IMG/VR virus record: IMGVR_UViG_3300022602_000110
Location: 1 to 57,295 of that record
Reading direction: 5' to 3' (one strand)
Source: a virus
Lineage: Duplodnaviria > Caudoviricetes
DNA length: 57,295 nucleotides
Below, piece by piece: positions 1-9,596 of the stretch (its first letter is position 1; every line of letters starts with the position of its first letter). The position numbers and the translations under genes were made by a program. The notes beneath the pieces were generated by a model that worked only from the letters and a program-made list of their open reading frames with translations, was not told the origin of the DNA and searched no databases.

Positions 1-561
1 AGCGGCCATGATTTCTGCTTCGATATCAATACCTTGTTGTGCTTGTGCGTCTTGAGCGGCCTCAAAAGTCCAACGTGCGCTTAGTTTACGAGACTTAGCT
101 TCAACTGGAGCTTTCAAGATTTGAATGCTCATTCTGTTACCTGGTTGACCTTCTAGCTGGCTTGTTGCGGCCGCTTTAGGTGTTGTAGGATTGTTGTTAC
201 CAGAATAAGCCTGTGCAATCTTGAATGGGCTTAATGCTTCTTCACCTGCTACAACTTCAGTGCTGGTATCAGCATAACGAACACGTAGAGTATGAATTTG
301 TCCAACTGGACCTGTCATAGGTTGAACGCCAATGATTTCGTTAGCAATAACGGTTGGCATAACACGACGGATTACTGGAAGAATAACGCGATTTAAAGTT
401 GCGATATTACCAGAACTTGTAGCACCTGCTGTTGCGGCTTCTGCTAGATACTTACGTGTATTTTCTAAGCAAACTTGCATAGAAGAACGACGGGTACCTT
501 GTAGGCCTTCAAGCAGAGCGTCTTTGGTCTCTGACCATCTTTCATTTAATAATTGTGACAT
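1..561 (-). CDS. gp23: Major capsid protein, T4 gp23-like (N-terminal 187 codons; runs off the window edge)
   Basis: Not in the ORF track. Manual translation from ATG 561: MSQLLNERWSETKDALLEGL...VILPVIRRVMPTVIANEIIGVQPMTGPVGQIHTLR. The GVQPMTGP motif is typical of gp23. AAGGAG RBS at about 570-575; follows the gp21 and gp22 genes. Confidence 0.95.
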   Translation of the reverse strand, partial: MSQLLNERWSETKDALLEGLQGTRRSSMQVCLENTRKYLAEAATAGATSSGNIATLNRVILPVIRRVMPTVIANEIIGVQPMTGPVGQIHTLRVRYADTSTEVVAGEEALSPFKIAQAYSGNNNPTTPKAAATSQLEGQPGNRMSIQILKAPVEAKSRKLSARWTFEAAQDAQAQQGIDIEAEIMAA

Positions 562-583
562 TTAATAGTCTCCTTGAATATAA

Positions 584-1693
584 TTATTTTAGGCCCGCTA
601 ACTTGCGGATGTCTAAGATGTTATCTAAGCCTACCGCGGGTTTAGCTTCGCGATCACCAGTAACTTCAGTGCTTTCATTTATCATCGCTTTAGCAGGTTT
701 TTGTTCTGCCTTAACAACTTTATGAGTTGCGCCTTCCATAACTGCGGGTAGGTATTTCTCAAAAGCAGTAGCAAGTTTAGGAGTTTGTACGCTCTCTAAA
801 AGGTCTTGCATAATTGCCTTTTTGTCAGCACTTAGTGGTGCTAACATCTCGCTCATTACAGCTTTACGCTCAGCTTGGTCTTTCTGAATACGGATTTCTC
901 TTTCTTTAGATTCGACCAGTTGTGCTTTTTCTGTAATTGCTGTCTGTGCTTCAGCTAACGCTTGTTCTTTCTGAGCAAGAACTTTTAAAAGTTTTGCTGT
1001 TTCAGATTTCTCATTTAGATAGCTTGTGCTGTACTCTTGTGCAAATGCTTCAAACATTTTACGTCCGAAGCTGTTCTGACGAGCTGAATCGATATCTTCT
1101 TTCAATTGCTTGATTTCTGATTTCAATTGTGAACCAACTGCTTCTTGAACAACTTTTGAACTTCTTTGAATGAAACGTGCTTTAATATCTTCAAACTTGC
1201 TTTTCGCTTCACGTACTAACTTAACTTTCGTTTCAGCTAGATCACGCTTGTCTACTGCAAATTCTTGGATTTCTTTTGCTAGTGCAGTTACAATGAACTG
1301 TTCTAGTTTACCAAAATTCTCAGCAACTTTTTGACGGTCACTTTGGAATTCGTGCATTTCTTTTGTTAGCTGTTTTAATACAAATGATTCCATTACTTTA
1401 GCATCTGTATCCATCTTGTTATGATAGGCAACTTTAGCTTCTGCTAGAGCTTTTCTATCTTCAACAAGTTCAGCCATCTCTGCGGCCAATCGCTCGCTTA
1501 CTAATTTGTCAAGTCCTTCAACAATCTGCGCCTTATCGTGCGCATACTTTTGTGCAAACTCTTCTCTTAGTTCAGCGGTGACTTGGTCGCGGTTTTCTTG
1601 AATCTTAGCGTTAAAAGCTTCTTGAATCTCAGAACCAACTTGTTCTGACATCACGCCACTTTCGACTAATTGTTTGAATGCGTCCAACATCAC
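584..1693 (-). CDS. gp22: Prohead core scaffolding protein, gp22-like
   Basis: Coiled-coil, E/K/A-rich protein lying between the protease and the major capsid gene, as in T4; C-terminus IRKLAGL. Confidence 0.8.
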   Translation of the reverse strand: MMLDAFKQLVESGVMSEQVGSEIQEAFNAKIQENRDQVTAELREEFAQKYAHDKAQIVEGLDKLVSERLAAEMAELVEDRKALAEAKVAYHNKMDTDAKVMESFVLKQLTKEMHEFQSDRQKVAENFGKLEQFIVTALAKEIQEFAVDKRDLAETKVKLVREAKSKFEDIKARFIQRSSKVVQEAVGSQLKSEIKQLKEDIDSARQNSFGRKMFEAFAQEYSTSYLNEKSETAKLLKVLAQKEQALAEAQTAITEKAQLVESKEREIRIQKDQAERKAVMSEMLAPLSADKKAIMQDLLESVQTPKLATAFEKYLPAVMEGATHKVVKAEQKPAKAMINESTEVTGDREAKPAVGLDNILDIRKLAGLK

Positions 1694-1702
1694 TGTTTCT
1701 CC

Positions 1703-2338
1703 TTATTTTAACCCTTGGATAATCTTGAGCATTGATTCTCTAAGATATTTCTGGGCTTTCGGATCTTCTTTTACCTCTTGCGCAACCCTCCAAGCATAAT
1801 AACCACCTTTATTATTCATAAGGTGTTCATATACCGGTGTAGGATAAGCTCCTGGCGCACTAGGTTGAGCAACTATGTCTACTGTAATAATTTCAAATTC
1901 AGCTACTTCGCCTGTAGATTCGTTAACGTTTCCGCTACCGCGACTACTAACGCCAAGTTTTACACCGCTTTCAAGCATAGTACGAACAAGTTGTCCCATC
2001 GGGGTAGGAAGAATTTTCATCTTCCCATAGCCATTAGGACCATCCATCCACATATCTGTAATCATGTGGCTTACACGGTCCAAATTTACTTTTAAATCAT
2101 CTGGATGGTCAACTTCACCTAAAACAGAATATCCGTTCTTGATTTGATCATTTAACGTCATTACAGCGTTTGTAATCTCTGTTACAGGATACACACGTTG
2201 ATTAGCGTTACGAATACCACCCTGGATAGCAATACCTTTTAAGTAAAGGTTTTTCTTACCCATTTCCTCAGCCTCGTGTAATTCAACACGAGCCTGATCG
2301 AAACTTAGGTGTTCTCTTAGATATGAAGTTGGTTTCAT
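1703..2338 (-). CDS. gp21: Prohead maturation protease, gp21-like
   Basis: Motifs NANQRVYP, LGEVDHP, GVSSRGSG and DIVAQPSAPGA. Confidence 0.95.
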   Translation of the reverse strand: MKPTSYLREHLSFDQARVELHEAEEMGKKNLYLKGIAIQGGIRNANQRVYPVTEITNAVMTLNDQIKNGYSVLGEVDHPDDLKVNLDRVSHMITDMWMDGPNGYGKMKILPTPMGQLVRTMLESGVKLGVSSRGSGNVNESTGEVAEFEIITVDIVAQPSAPGAYPTPVYEHLMNNKGGYYAWRVAQEVKEDPKAQKYLRESMLKIIQGLK

Positions 2339-2350
2339 CTATTTCTCTAA

Positions 2351-3385
2351 TTATTGCTTCTTGTCAACGATAGACTTGTTGCTACCAATGCTAGTTTGAC
2401 CAGCTTTGTCGCCTGTACCAGAACCTACTGGACCTGGAGTCTTATTGTTGTTTGGATAACCAGAACCTTGTTTTTCTAGTTTAGCGCCGTCTTGCATTCC
2501 AGACTTAGATGAGCTAGAAATGTTTTTAGTTACACCTTTAGTAAATTCGCCTTTTGTAGCGCCTACTAAACCACGTGAACCTTTATCAGCATTTGGGCTT
2601 GTACCAGTCATTTCACCAACGCCTAAGTCACCTTGAGCGATATTGTGTGGACGTGCATCTGATGTTGGTTTACCTTTACCAGAACTTGTTGGGCTACGGC
2701 CTTCAACAGGAGCAGGATAGTTTTCGCCTGTGCCAGCACCTAGGTTTTTACCTTGCTGTTTCATAGCGTTACCTTGCCAGTCGTTACCAACTTTTTCACG
2801 GTATTCACGAGTAAATTCACGACCTTCCATTGCTGGCATCATGTCTTCATCTTCCATGTCGCCGCCTTCTTCATCGCCGCCCATGTCGTCTTCTGCGTCA
2901 TCTTTACCTTCGATGTCGTCTAAAGCATGACCGTGGATATCAGGATCTTTTTCTTCTTCGTGTTCTTCGCCAGCTAATAGAGCTTCGAATTCAGCTTTCA
3001 ACTCTTCTAGAGCATCTTCTAAATCCATAACTTTATCTTCTAGGTCGCCTTCTCCACCTTCTTCGCCGCCGAATTCATCTTCGCCGTCATCTTCACCACC
3101 AAATGGATCTTCTTCACCATCAGCATCCATAGCATCATGGTCTTCGATTCCACTAACTAGATCATCAGAGGCATCGCCGCCGATTTCAAGTGTAGTATCT
3201 TCTTCAACAGACTCATCTTCCTGTTCTTCGGAATCTTCGTCCATCTCTTCTTCTGCTTCTTCAGCAATTAAATTTTCATAAATTTCTCTAGATTTCTCTA
3301 CAACTAGTTCATGGAAAAGCTCGTTGGCTTTCTCATGTTCTTCGTTAACAAGAAGATCTAATAGTTGTTCAAACTTGTTAGACAT
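2351..3385 (-). CDS. Acidic prohead core protein (gp67-like) with a G/K/S-rich C-terminal extension
   Basis: Extremely D/E-rich N-terminal half; lies between portal and protease. Confidence 0.55.
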   Translation of the reverse strand: MSNKFEQLLDLLVNEEHEKANELFHELVVEKSREIYENLIAEEAEEEMDEDSEEQEDESVEEDTTLEIGGDASDDLVSGIEDHDAMDADGEEDPFGGEDDGEDEFGGEEGGEGDLEDKVMDLEDALEELKAEFEALLAGEEHEEEKDPDIHGHALDDIEGKDDAEDDMGGDEEGGDMEDEDMMPAMEGREFTREYREKVGNDWQGNAMKQQGKNLGAGTGENYPAPVEGRSPTSSGKGKPTSDARPHNIAQGDLGVGEMTGTSPNADKGSRGLVGATKGEFTKGVTKNISSSSKSGMQDGAKLEKQGSGYPNNNKTPGPVGSGTGDKAGQTSIGSNKSIVDKKQ

Positions 3386-3432
3386 TGCGGGTTCTCCTTA
3401 ATTAGTTTGCGCGGCAAGGCTGTCATATGCTG

Positions 3433-3440
3433 TATTTACA
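3433..3440 (-). promoter_or_regulatory. Late promoter-like TGTAAATA
   Basis: TAAATA core about 48 nt upstream of the core/protease/scaffold/capsid operon. Confidence 0.55.
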
Positions 3441-3575
3441 GCGGTTATGTTATACTTATGTGAAATAGGCCAAAAACGAGCCGTTTTGACCTTAGATGTC
3501 GAATTTTTTGTTCGACTTTTGAATTTTTTGTTAAAAATATTTAAGTTTTCTAACAAAAAGTTATCTGAATAGTTA

Positions 3576-3824
3576 TTATTGTACAGGTTGCTGTTGCTCT
3601 TCAGGAATTTTGTACATAGCTTGAACTAATTCTAAATCCTCTTTTTGCTCTTGTTCACGTGCATCACCTGCTTTTCTTAAGTTATTTAACATCTTAAGAG
3701 TAAGTCTAGTTTTACGTAAATCCTTTGAAGTAATGACAGAACTATCGTGTTTAGGGTCGAACCTATCTACACTAGGCATTTCTTCCGAGTCTTTGTTAAA
3801 GTAAATGAATTCGTTTAATAGCAT
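3576..3824 (-). CDS. Small head-cluster protein of unknown function (likely start MLLNEF at 3824)
   Basis: The track ORF 3576..3914 overlaps the portal gene. ATG 3824 lies 5 nt after GGTAAATA (3830-3837). Confidence 0.7.
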   Translation of the reverse strand: MLLNEFIYFNKDSEEMPSVDRFDPKHDSSVITSKDLRKTRLTLKMLNNLRKAGDAREQEQKEDLELVQAMYKIPEEQQQPVQ

Positions 3825-3840
3825 GACTATATTTACCAAA

Positions 3841-5574
3841 TTAAACAGGACCTGCGCTGTTACCACCGCCCCCGGCGCCTGGACTAGATCCGGCGCCCGG
3901 AACAGGAGCCGCACCTGGTTCTGGCTCTAAACCGCCTTCCATCCCCTCTGGAGGAGGCATACTTTGTGATAGATCTTGTATATCACTTTCCATGCCGTTA
4001 GCAGTAACACCTGCAGAACGTAGTTCTGAAAGTGCTGGTAATTTGTTCTCAGAAAGACCATTTTCTTCTTTCCACATTTGTTCGTTTTCGCTAATTTCTT
4101 CAGCAGTCATACCTAAGAAACGTTTCATAGCAAAGCGTTTGCTCATGAAAGGTACAGCAACTAGTGTACTAAAAGTTCCAACACGAGCTGTATCCATTTC
4201 TGCTTGACGATATGACGCAAAGTTTTGCGGAGGATTAAATTTTAAATCAAAGATGTTAGGATCAAAGTTAATACCTTTATTGAACATGTACTGTTTGAAT
4301 TCGCTATCAAACGTCTCGTTCATTAAACTTTGTAGTCGTTCGCAGTATTTGTTGAATCGTAACTCTTGTATATAGGCTGTCCCAACTCGTCCATCATTGA
4401 AGGAGCTTCCTCCGTCATCCGGACCAGTTGGTAGATAAGAGCTAGGAATACGTAAAGCTCTAAACAATTTATTAGTAAAGTAGCGTAAGTCATCAATTTC
4501 ACCTAAGTTAGTACCGCCTGGCAAAATTTCAACTTTACTACCGCGACCTTCTGCCGTTTGTGGGAAGAAATAATCTTCGTTAATGCTTAAAGGATTATAG
4601 CTCGAATCAATAACGCTCGCTCCGCCTCCGGTAACAGATGGTATTCTGCGTTGGTTAACTTCATTTTTAACACGCTCAACAAAAGACATAGCCAAGTGGC
4701 TAGGCATGTTACCAACGTCAATATAGAATACACGTCGCTCTGGAGCACGTTGTACACGGTAGATAATGATAGCATCTTCTAATAACTCCTTCTGCTTGTA
4801 TACTTTAAAAATGTTTTCTAAAATACTATTACCAAAAGGGAAGTTGTTGTCTAATCCTTCACTCATACTAATATGAATGACATGTTTAGCATCGATTGCC
4901 CATTGATTCTGATTAATACCAAAACGGCCTCCTGCTGATTGAGGATAAGCACCAACCATACCTTGTTGATGTGATCCACCAGTTACATAGGCTGTACCGC
5001 CAGGGGTAGCGTTTTGATTACTAGGATTAATTTGTGTTACAGTTAGGTTCTGAAAATTGATATTTAGGTCACGAATTACGTATTGTTCGGGTTTTTTACC
5101 GTCACTTTCGTTAACAATAATCTTGTCTACTTTACTAGGATCTACGTACATCCATGCCTGTGTTTCGGGATCTCGAACAAAGAAAGCATCACCAAATTTA
5201 AAACAGTTACGAACAATTTTAAAGATACGATTAGTAAATTTGTTTAGTTTTGTCCACTGTTGTAGATACTTTTTAATGATTTTAATTTCAGAACTAGTTG
5301 CTTGTTCTTTGAAAAAGATTTCAAAAGGTGTAGCATTTTCTTCATTTGTTTGTGAACAGAACTCGGCTAAAATATCTAAAGCCGCATTAACTTCTGAATC
5401 GCTATCCATTGTATCGTATTGACTATATCGCTCAAGACGATTTGGATGTCCGCTATAAACATCTGGTAGATAACTAGAGTAATTAGATCTACTACCTGTA
5501 GGCATTGAAGAGCCCGAAATTGGACTCATTGAGCCTGTTACATTAACTGGTGTGAAGTATTTTTTCCAAGACAT
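3841..5574 (-). CDS. gp20: Portal vertex protein, gp20
   Basis: Motifs LLEDAIIIYRVQRAPERRVFYIDVGNMP, EDYFFP and LPGGTNLGEIDDLRYF. Confidence 0.97.
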   Translation of the reverse strand: MSWKKYFTPVNVTGSMSPISGSSMPTGSRSNYSSYLPDVYSGHPNRLERYSQYDTMDSDSEVNAALDILAEFCSQTNEENATPFEIFFKEQATSSEIKIIKKYLQQWTKLNKFTNRIFKIVRNCFKFGDAFFVRDPETQAWMYVDPSKVDKIIVNESDGKKPEQYVIRDLNINFQNLTVTQINPSNQNATPGGTAYVTGGSHQQGMVGAYPQSAGGRFGINQNQWAIDAKHVIHISMSEGLDNNFPFGNSILENIFKVYKQKELLEDAIIIYRVQRAPERRVFYIDVGNMPSHLAMSFVERVKNEVNQRRIPSVTGGGASVIDSSYNPLSINEDYFFPQTAEGRGSKVEILPGGTNLGEIDDLRYFTNKLFRALRIPSSYLPTGPDDGGSSFNDGRVGTAYIQELRFNKYCERLQSLMNETFDSEFKQYMFNKGINFDPNIFDLKFNPPQNFASYRQAEMDTARVGTFSTLVAVPFMSKRFAMKRFLGMTAEEISENEQMWKEENGLSENKLPALSELRSAGVTANGMESDIQDLSQSMPPPEGMEGGLEPEPGAAPVPGAGSSPGAGGGGNSAGPV

Positions 5575-5576
5575 AA

Positions 5577-8426
5577 TTATCTAGCGAATAGGTTCCCGTT
5601 TAGAGCTTTAGTTGCATCTACTGTGTTTTTGGCATGATCTGCGGTATCACGAATATATTTCAACATATCTGCTGTTTGTTTATTTAACGTTTGTAGCTCG
5701 GCAACTAAACTTTTCCCTTGCTCTGCTGTCATATGAGATGTGGTAAGATTTGTAGTTACATTAGTAACTTTTTCTTGAATCGATTTGCTAAAGTTATTAA
5801 CCATATCATCAAAAGATGGTGCTTTTGTATCTTTACCTTTATCAGATTCAGTGCCATTCCAAAGTTGACTTGCTTTGGAACTGATATTTTTGAATATATC
5901 GCTTGCTCCGCTCATTGGATTCATTGCATTTTGCATAGCAGACAAATCCATTGTTCCGGGCATCTGTAATTGATTATTTGGTATGATACTTCCTGCGGTG
6001 TCAGGTTTCATAATTTCCGGACCGTTTTCACCTACCCAATAAGGCTGTCCTGGTTTAACTGGACCACCTTCAGCGCGAGCTTCTAATGCTTTCTTCTTGG
6101 CTTTTGCTTCTTCACCTTGGAAATAGTCTGCTTCATTTTGAATTCTGTCTTCTTCTGCTTTCTTGCCTAGGTTTGATAAAATGCCACCGCCCAATATGTT
6201 GGGCAATACTGCACCTAGTCCCTTGGCCGCAAGTTCAACACCGCGAGCTACACCGTCTTCGATATGATCAACAACGCCCATCTTTTTAAAGTTTTCGTCG
6301 TCTTGTTTTTTGTAGTCTTTGATGTCGACATGAGGAACTGCTGTAGCTTTCTGCAAATCAGCATCTGATCTTTTTTGTTCAAGTTCTTTTTGTTTTGCTT
6401 CTGCGTCTGCTTTAGCTTTCGGATCGTCTTGTAGCGTAGCAACGTTGGCTTTTTTCTTTTCGAGTTCAGCTGTTTTAAGTTTTTCTTCGTCCATCTGACG
6501 TTGAATTGCTATTATCTTATCTTTATCTTTGCCAGCGGCTTCGGCTTGTTTTTGTAAATTTGCAAGATTATTTTTTGATTCTTGAATTTTCTTATCGTAA
6601 TACTCTTTGTCCTGTCCGGCCGCTAGATCTTCAAGTGCTTGTTTCTTCCCAGCATTGGCCATCTCTTCGCGTTTTACTTCAGCAACTGCATCGTAGGCTT
6701 TTTTCTCGGTATCTAATTTATCTTTATCTGCTTTAGCATCACTTTCTGTATACCAAGGAATAATTGCTTTCTTAACCTCGATCAGCATTAACTTTAGATA
6801 GTAGGTTAGGTCGTTAACAATCTTTGCTCTGCCTTCCTCACTGAACATGTTTTGTACAAATTCGCCCATCATTTTAGCCAATTTAGCTATAGCTTCTTTA
6901 ATCGCGGGCATGTTATTTGTTACAAAATCAGTAAAAGATTTTGCCATCTCTTGCATCATTGGAACAACTAAATTGATCACAGGTAGCAATGAAGAATATA
7001 ATAATTCGCCTAATTGTTTAAATGCTTTATCAGTTTCTGCGGCACGGGCGGCTGTACTTTTTTGTTGATCTTCTTGTTCTTTTTTAATGTCATTGATACT
7101 CTTTTGGTAAGCATCCATTGACGTGATACCGGCACGTTCCTTATCTGCCGCGAATCCAATTACACCTGATAAATTCTTTGTTGCATCAGATGCTATGCCA
7201 ATTACACCGGTGTATTGTTTAGATTCTTTTTGTGCATCGAGAATACTCTTACCTAAGTTATCTGTCGCTTCTTTTGAAGTAGCGCCATATTGCTTAACAA
7301 TCTTTGTATGGTTTGCAATGTCGCCTGCTAGTTTTGGCATCATTGCTTGCAGATCTCGACCAGCGTCGGTCATTGGACCAACTCCAAGTTGCGAGCTCTT
7401 GACCATGTCGGCACCTGCTTTACCGTACATGTTGGTCATTTGTGTCAAGCTAGACTCAACAGCTTCTCTATCTTCTTTAGACAGCGTGTTTAAATATGCT
7501 TTCCAGTTTGCTTCTTGTGCTTCTTCTTCAGCAACTTTCTCAGCTTCTTCTCGGCTCTTTCCAGTTATCTGTGTTATTAAATCTAATTCTTTACCGTAGT
7601 CAGCGATTTTCTTGGTAACCAAAGCAGTATTATTCATTTCTTCTTTAGTTAGGCCACCGCGCACTCTAATGTAGCTACCAGTTAAATCATTAATGTCTTT
7701 AAAACTAAATCCCAATGCCAGTAACTGATCACCTAATGGAGATTGTATCAGTGCTTTATTAATTTTAACAAATGCTTCTGCACCTTTATTCACGTTGCCC
7801 GATAGTTGTAAAAATACATCTCTGTTCTTTCCAGCAACTTCTTGAAATTCGTTTAATGTTAGACCTAGTCCTAATGCACTGGATCTAATGTCTGAAAGTG
7901 TCCCGCCAAAGTTTACACCTATCTTTGTTAAATCTTTATAGCTTTCGTATTCTTGTTCTTGTATCTGTACCAGTTTGGCAAACATGTCAAAGACACCGCC
8001 AATGATAGGAATAGCATCAAATGCTTTAACAAAGTCGCTTAGTTTACCTTGACCATCAATAAGTCCTTCACCGAAGTTGGTTAGATTAGAAGCAGTATCT
8101 AATGCACCTTTTACTAAACCACCTAGGACACCGCCAACCATGCCGGCCGCTTTTGTTAAAGGATTTAGCTCTTTAACAACATTCATTGCACCATCGGCAA
8201 CACTTTCAAGTCCTTTTTTAGCATCTTTAGAAGCGTTATTTCCAGCACCGTCCGGTTGTCCAGCTTTGCCCATATTCTTGGACATTGCATCTAACTGTTT
8301 GTTGGTTTGAACAATAAACTGGCCTTGCTTTTGTACAGCGGCCAACAGGGCTTTGAGCGTGGCTTCGGTTGCCGCGTTGTTTAATTCTACTGGTTCACTG
8401 CCAATTGTGCCGGTTACATCTGCCAT
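5577..8426 (-). CDS. Tape measure / gp29-like protein
   Basis: 949 aa, helical and A/K-rich. C-terminal RAEGGPV...VGENGPE motif is common in tape measure proteins. Divergent from the gp26/gp51-like pair. Confidence 0.7.
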   Translation of the reverse strand: MADVTGTIGSEPVELNNAATEATLKALLAAVQKQGQFIVQTNKQLDAMSKNMGKAGQPDGAGNNASKDAKKGLESVADGAMNVVKELNPLTKAAGMVGGVLGGLVKGALDTASNLTNFGEGLIDGQGKLSDFVKAFDAIPIIGGVFDMFAKLVQIQEQEYESYKDLTKIGVNFGGTLSDIRSSALGLGLTLNEFQEVAGKNRDVFLQLSGNVNKGAEAFVKINKALIQSPLGDQLLALGFSFKDINDLTGSYIRVRGGLTKEEMNNTALVTKKIADYGKELDLITQITGKSREEAEKVAEEEAQEANWKAYLNTLSKEDREAVESSLTQMTNMYGKAGADMVKSSQLGVGPMTDAGRDLQAMMPKLAGDIANHTKIVKQYGATSKEATDNLGKSILDAQKESKQYTGVIGIASDATKNLSGVIGFAADKERAGITSMDAYQKSINDIKKEQEDQQKSTAARAAETDKAFKQLGELLYSSLLPVINLVVPMMQEMAKSFTDFVTNNMPAIKEAIAKLAKMMGEFVQNMFSEEGRAKIVNDLTYYLKLMLIEVKKAIIPWYTESDAKADKDKLDTEKKAYDAVAEVKREEMANAGKKQALEDLAAGQDKEYYDKKIQESKNNLANLQKQAEAAGKDKDKIIAIQRQMDEEKLKTAELEKKKANVATLQDDPKAKADAEAKQKELEQKRSDADLQKATAVPHVDIKDYKKQDDENFKKMGVVDHIEDGVARGVELAAKGLGAVLPNILGGGILSNLGKKAEEDRIQNEADYFQGEEAKAKKKALEARAEGGPVKPGQPYWVGENGPEIMKPDTAGSIIPNNQLQMPGTMDLSAMQNAMNPMSGASDIFKNISSKASQLWNGTESDKGKDTKAPSFDDMVNNFSKSIQEKVTNVTTNLTTSHMTAEQGKSLVAELQTLNKQTADMLKYIRDTADHAKNTVDATKALNGNLFAR

Positions 8427-8451
8427 TGTTTTTCCTGGGGTTATATAGGTA

Positions 8452-8487
8452 CATAAATAATATGATACTTACTCAAAGTTATTTATC
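8452..8487. promoter_or_regulatory. Pair of oppositely oriented late promoter elements: CATAAATA (+, 8452-8459) and GATAAATA (-, 8480-8487)
   Basis: One TAAATA element points to each gene in the 73 bp gap between the divergent tape measure and gp26-like genes. Confidence 0.65.
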
Positions 8488-8499
8488 GGAGATAAAACC

Positions 8500-9372
8500 A
8501 TGGCTGTTCAAACAAATATAAGAGGTGTTAACCCACTAGCAGGATTAATGCGTCAACCTAAGATTTACATTAAATTACCTAGCGGAGGTCAATATTGGCC
8601 GCAAGGAAGTATTGTTATTCCGGAAAACGGTGACCTGCCTGTATATTCAATGACAGCTAAAGATGAGCTATTATTAAAAATCCCCGATGCATTAATGAAC
8701 GGGCAAGCTATAGTAGAGGTTATCCAAAATTGCATACCATCAATTAAAAACGGATGGGCTATTCCCAACATCGACTTAGATGTAATTCTAATTGCCATAC
8801 GTATTGCTACCTACGGTGAAAAGATGAAAGTACCTTTAGACAATAAAAACCTACTTGATGTAGATTACGAAGTTGACCTAAGAAACATCATGGCAGACCT
8901 AGTGGGACAAATCAATTGGGATCCAGTAGTTCCTGTTAATGCTGATTTAACTATTTTTGTAAAACCCATTACCTACAAGTTGATCACCGACGGTGCTATG
9001 CAAAGTTTTGAAACACAGAAGATTATTCAAATTGCCAATAACTCAGACCTTGAAGAAAAAGAAAAAGTTAAAATGTTTAAAGAGTCTTTTGACAAATTAA
9101 ACTTGTTAAGTATTGGCATCGTTAACAATTCTGTTTACGAAATTCAATCTAGTCAAGGTAGTACAAAAGATCCTGCGTACATTAAAGAGTTTATGGAAAA
9201 CGTAGATAAAGGTGTGTTTGATGCTGTTAAAGCTCATTTGGAAAAAATGAAAGATCAAAACACAATCAAACCGTTACAAATACAACCTACTGCCGCTATG
9301 TTGGCCGCAGGCTACGCAGACGAGATTATTGAAGTTCCACTGGTATTCGATGCATCAACTTTTTTCGTCTAA
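8500..9372 (+). CDS. gp26: Baseplate hub assembly protein, gp26-like (possible tail assembly chaperone)
   Basis: Motifs LPSGG, MTAKDELLL and DLDVILIAIRIATYGE; ends FF-x-stop. Confidence 0.8.
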   Translation: MAVQTNIRGVNPLAGLMRQPKIYIKLPSGGQYWPQGSIVIPENGDLPVYSMTAKDELLLKIPDALMNGQAIVEVIQNCIPSIKNGWAIPNIDLDVILIAIRIATYGEKMKVPLDNKNLLDVDYEVDLRNIMADLVGQINWDPVVPVNADLTIFVKPITYKLITDGAMQSFETQKIIQIANNSDLEEKEKVKMFKESFDKLNLLSIGIVNNSVYEIQSSQGSTKDPAYIKEFMENVDKGVFDAVKAHLEKMKDQNTIKPLQIQPTAAMLAAGYADEIIEVPLVFDASTFFV

Positions 9373-9377
9373 GGCTT

Positions 9378-9596
9378 TTGTCCCTCAACATGGACGAAAT
9401 TGATAAACTAGCAACGTCCATGGAATTAGAAACAAAGGCCGTTAAAAACGAGCTCTTTAGATTATGCTGGTACATGCGTGGTGGCATGACTATAACAGAA
9501 GCATATAACCTAGCGCCCGATGATCGAGAAATTATTGGAAAGATTATCGAAGATAATCTAGAGACAACTAAAAAATCCGGTATACCGTTCTTTTAA
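9378..9596 (+). CDS. gp51: gp51-like baseplate hub assembly catalyst; probably the -1 frameshift extension of gp26
   Basis: Sequence LCWYMRGGMTITEAYNL..DDREI. Lies in the -1 frame, open back to the T TTT TTC heptamer at 9360-9366; no clear SD. Confidence 0.65.
   Translation: MSLNMDEIDKLATSMELETKAVKNELFRLCWYMRGGMTITEAYNLAPDDREIIGKIIEDNLETTKKSGIPFF

Noticed and set aside
332-565. 77 aa plus-strand ORF
   Set aside because: Antisense to the major capsid gene, which the track missed because it is truncated at the window edge.
3825-3914. N-terminal extension of the 112 aa ORF
   Set aside because: Overlaps the portal C-terminus. ATG 3824, just after a TAAATA element, is the more plausible start.
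5718-8310. Several plus-strand ORFs inside the tape-measure-like gene (and similar ones inside portal, gp46, vWA and MoxR)
   Set aside because: Shadow or alternate-frame ORFs of well-supported genes, lacking SDs and motifs.
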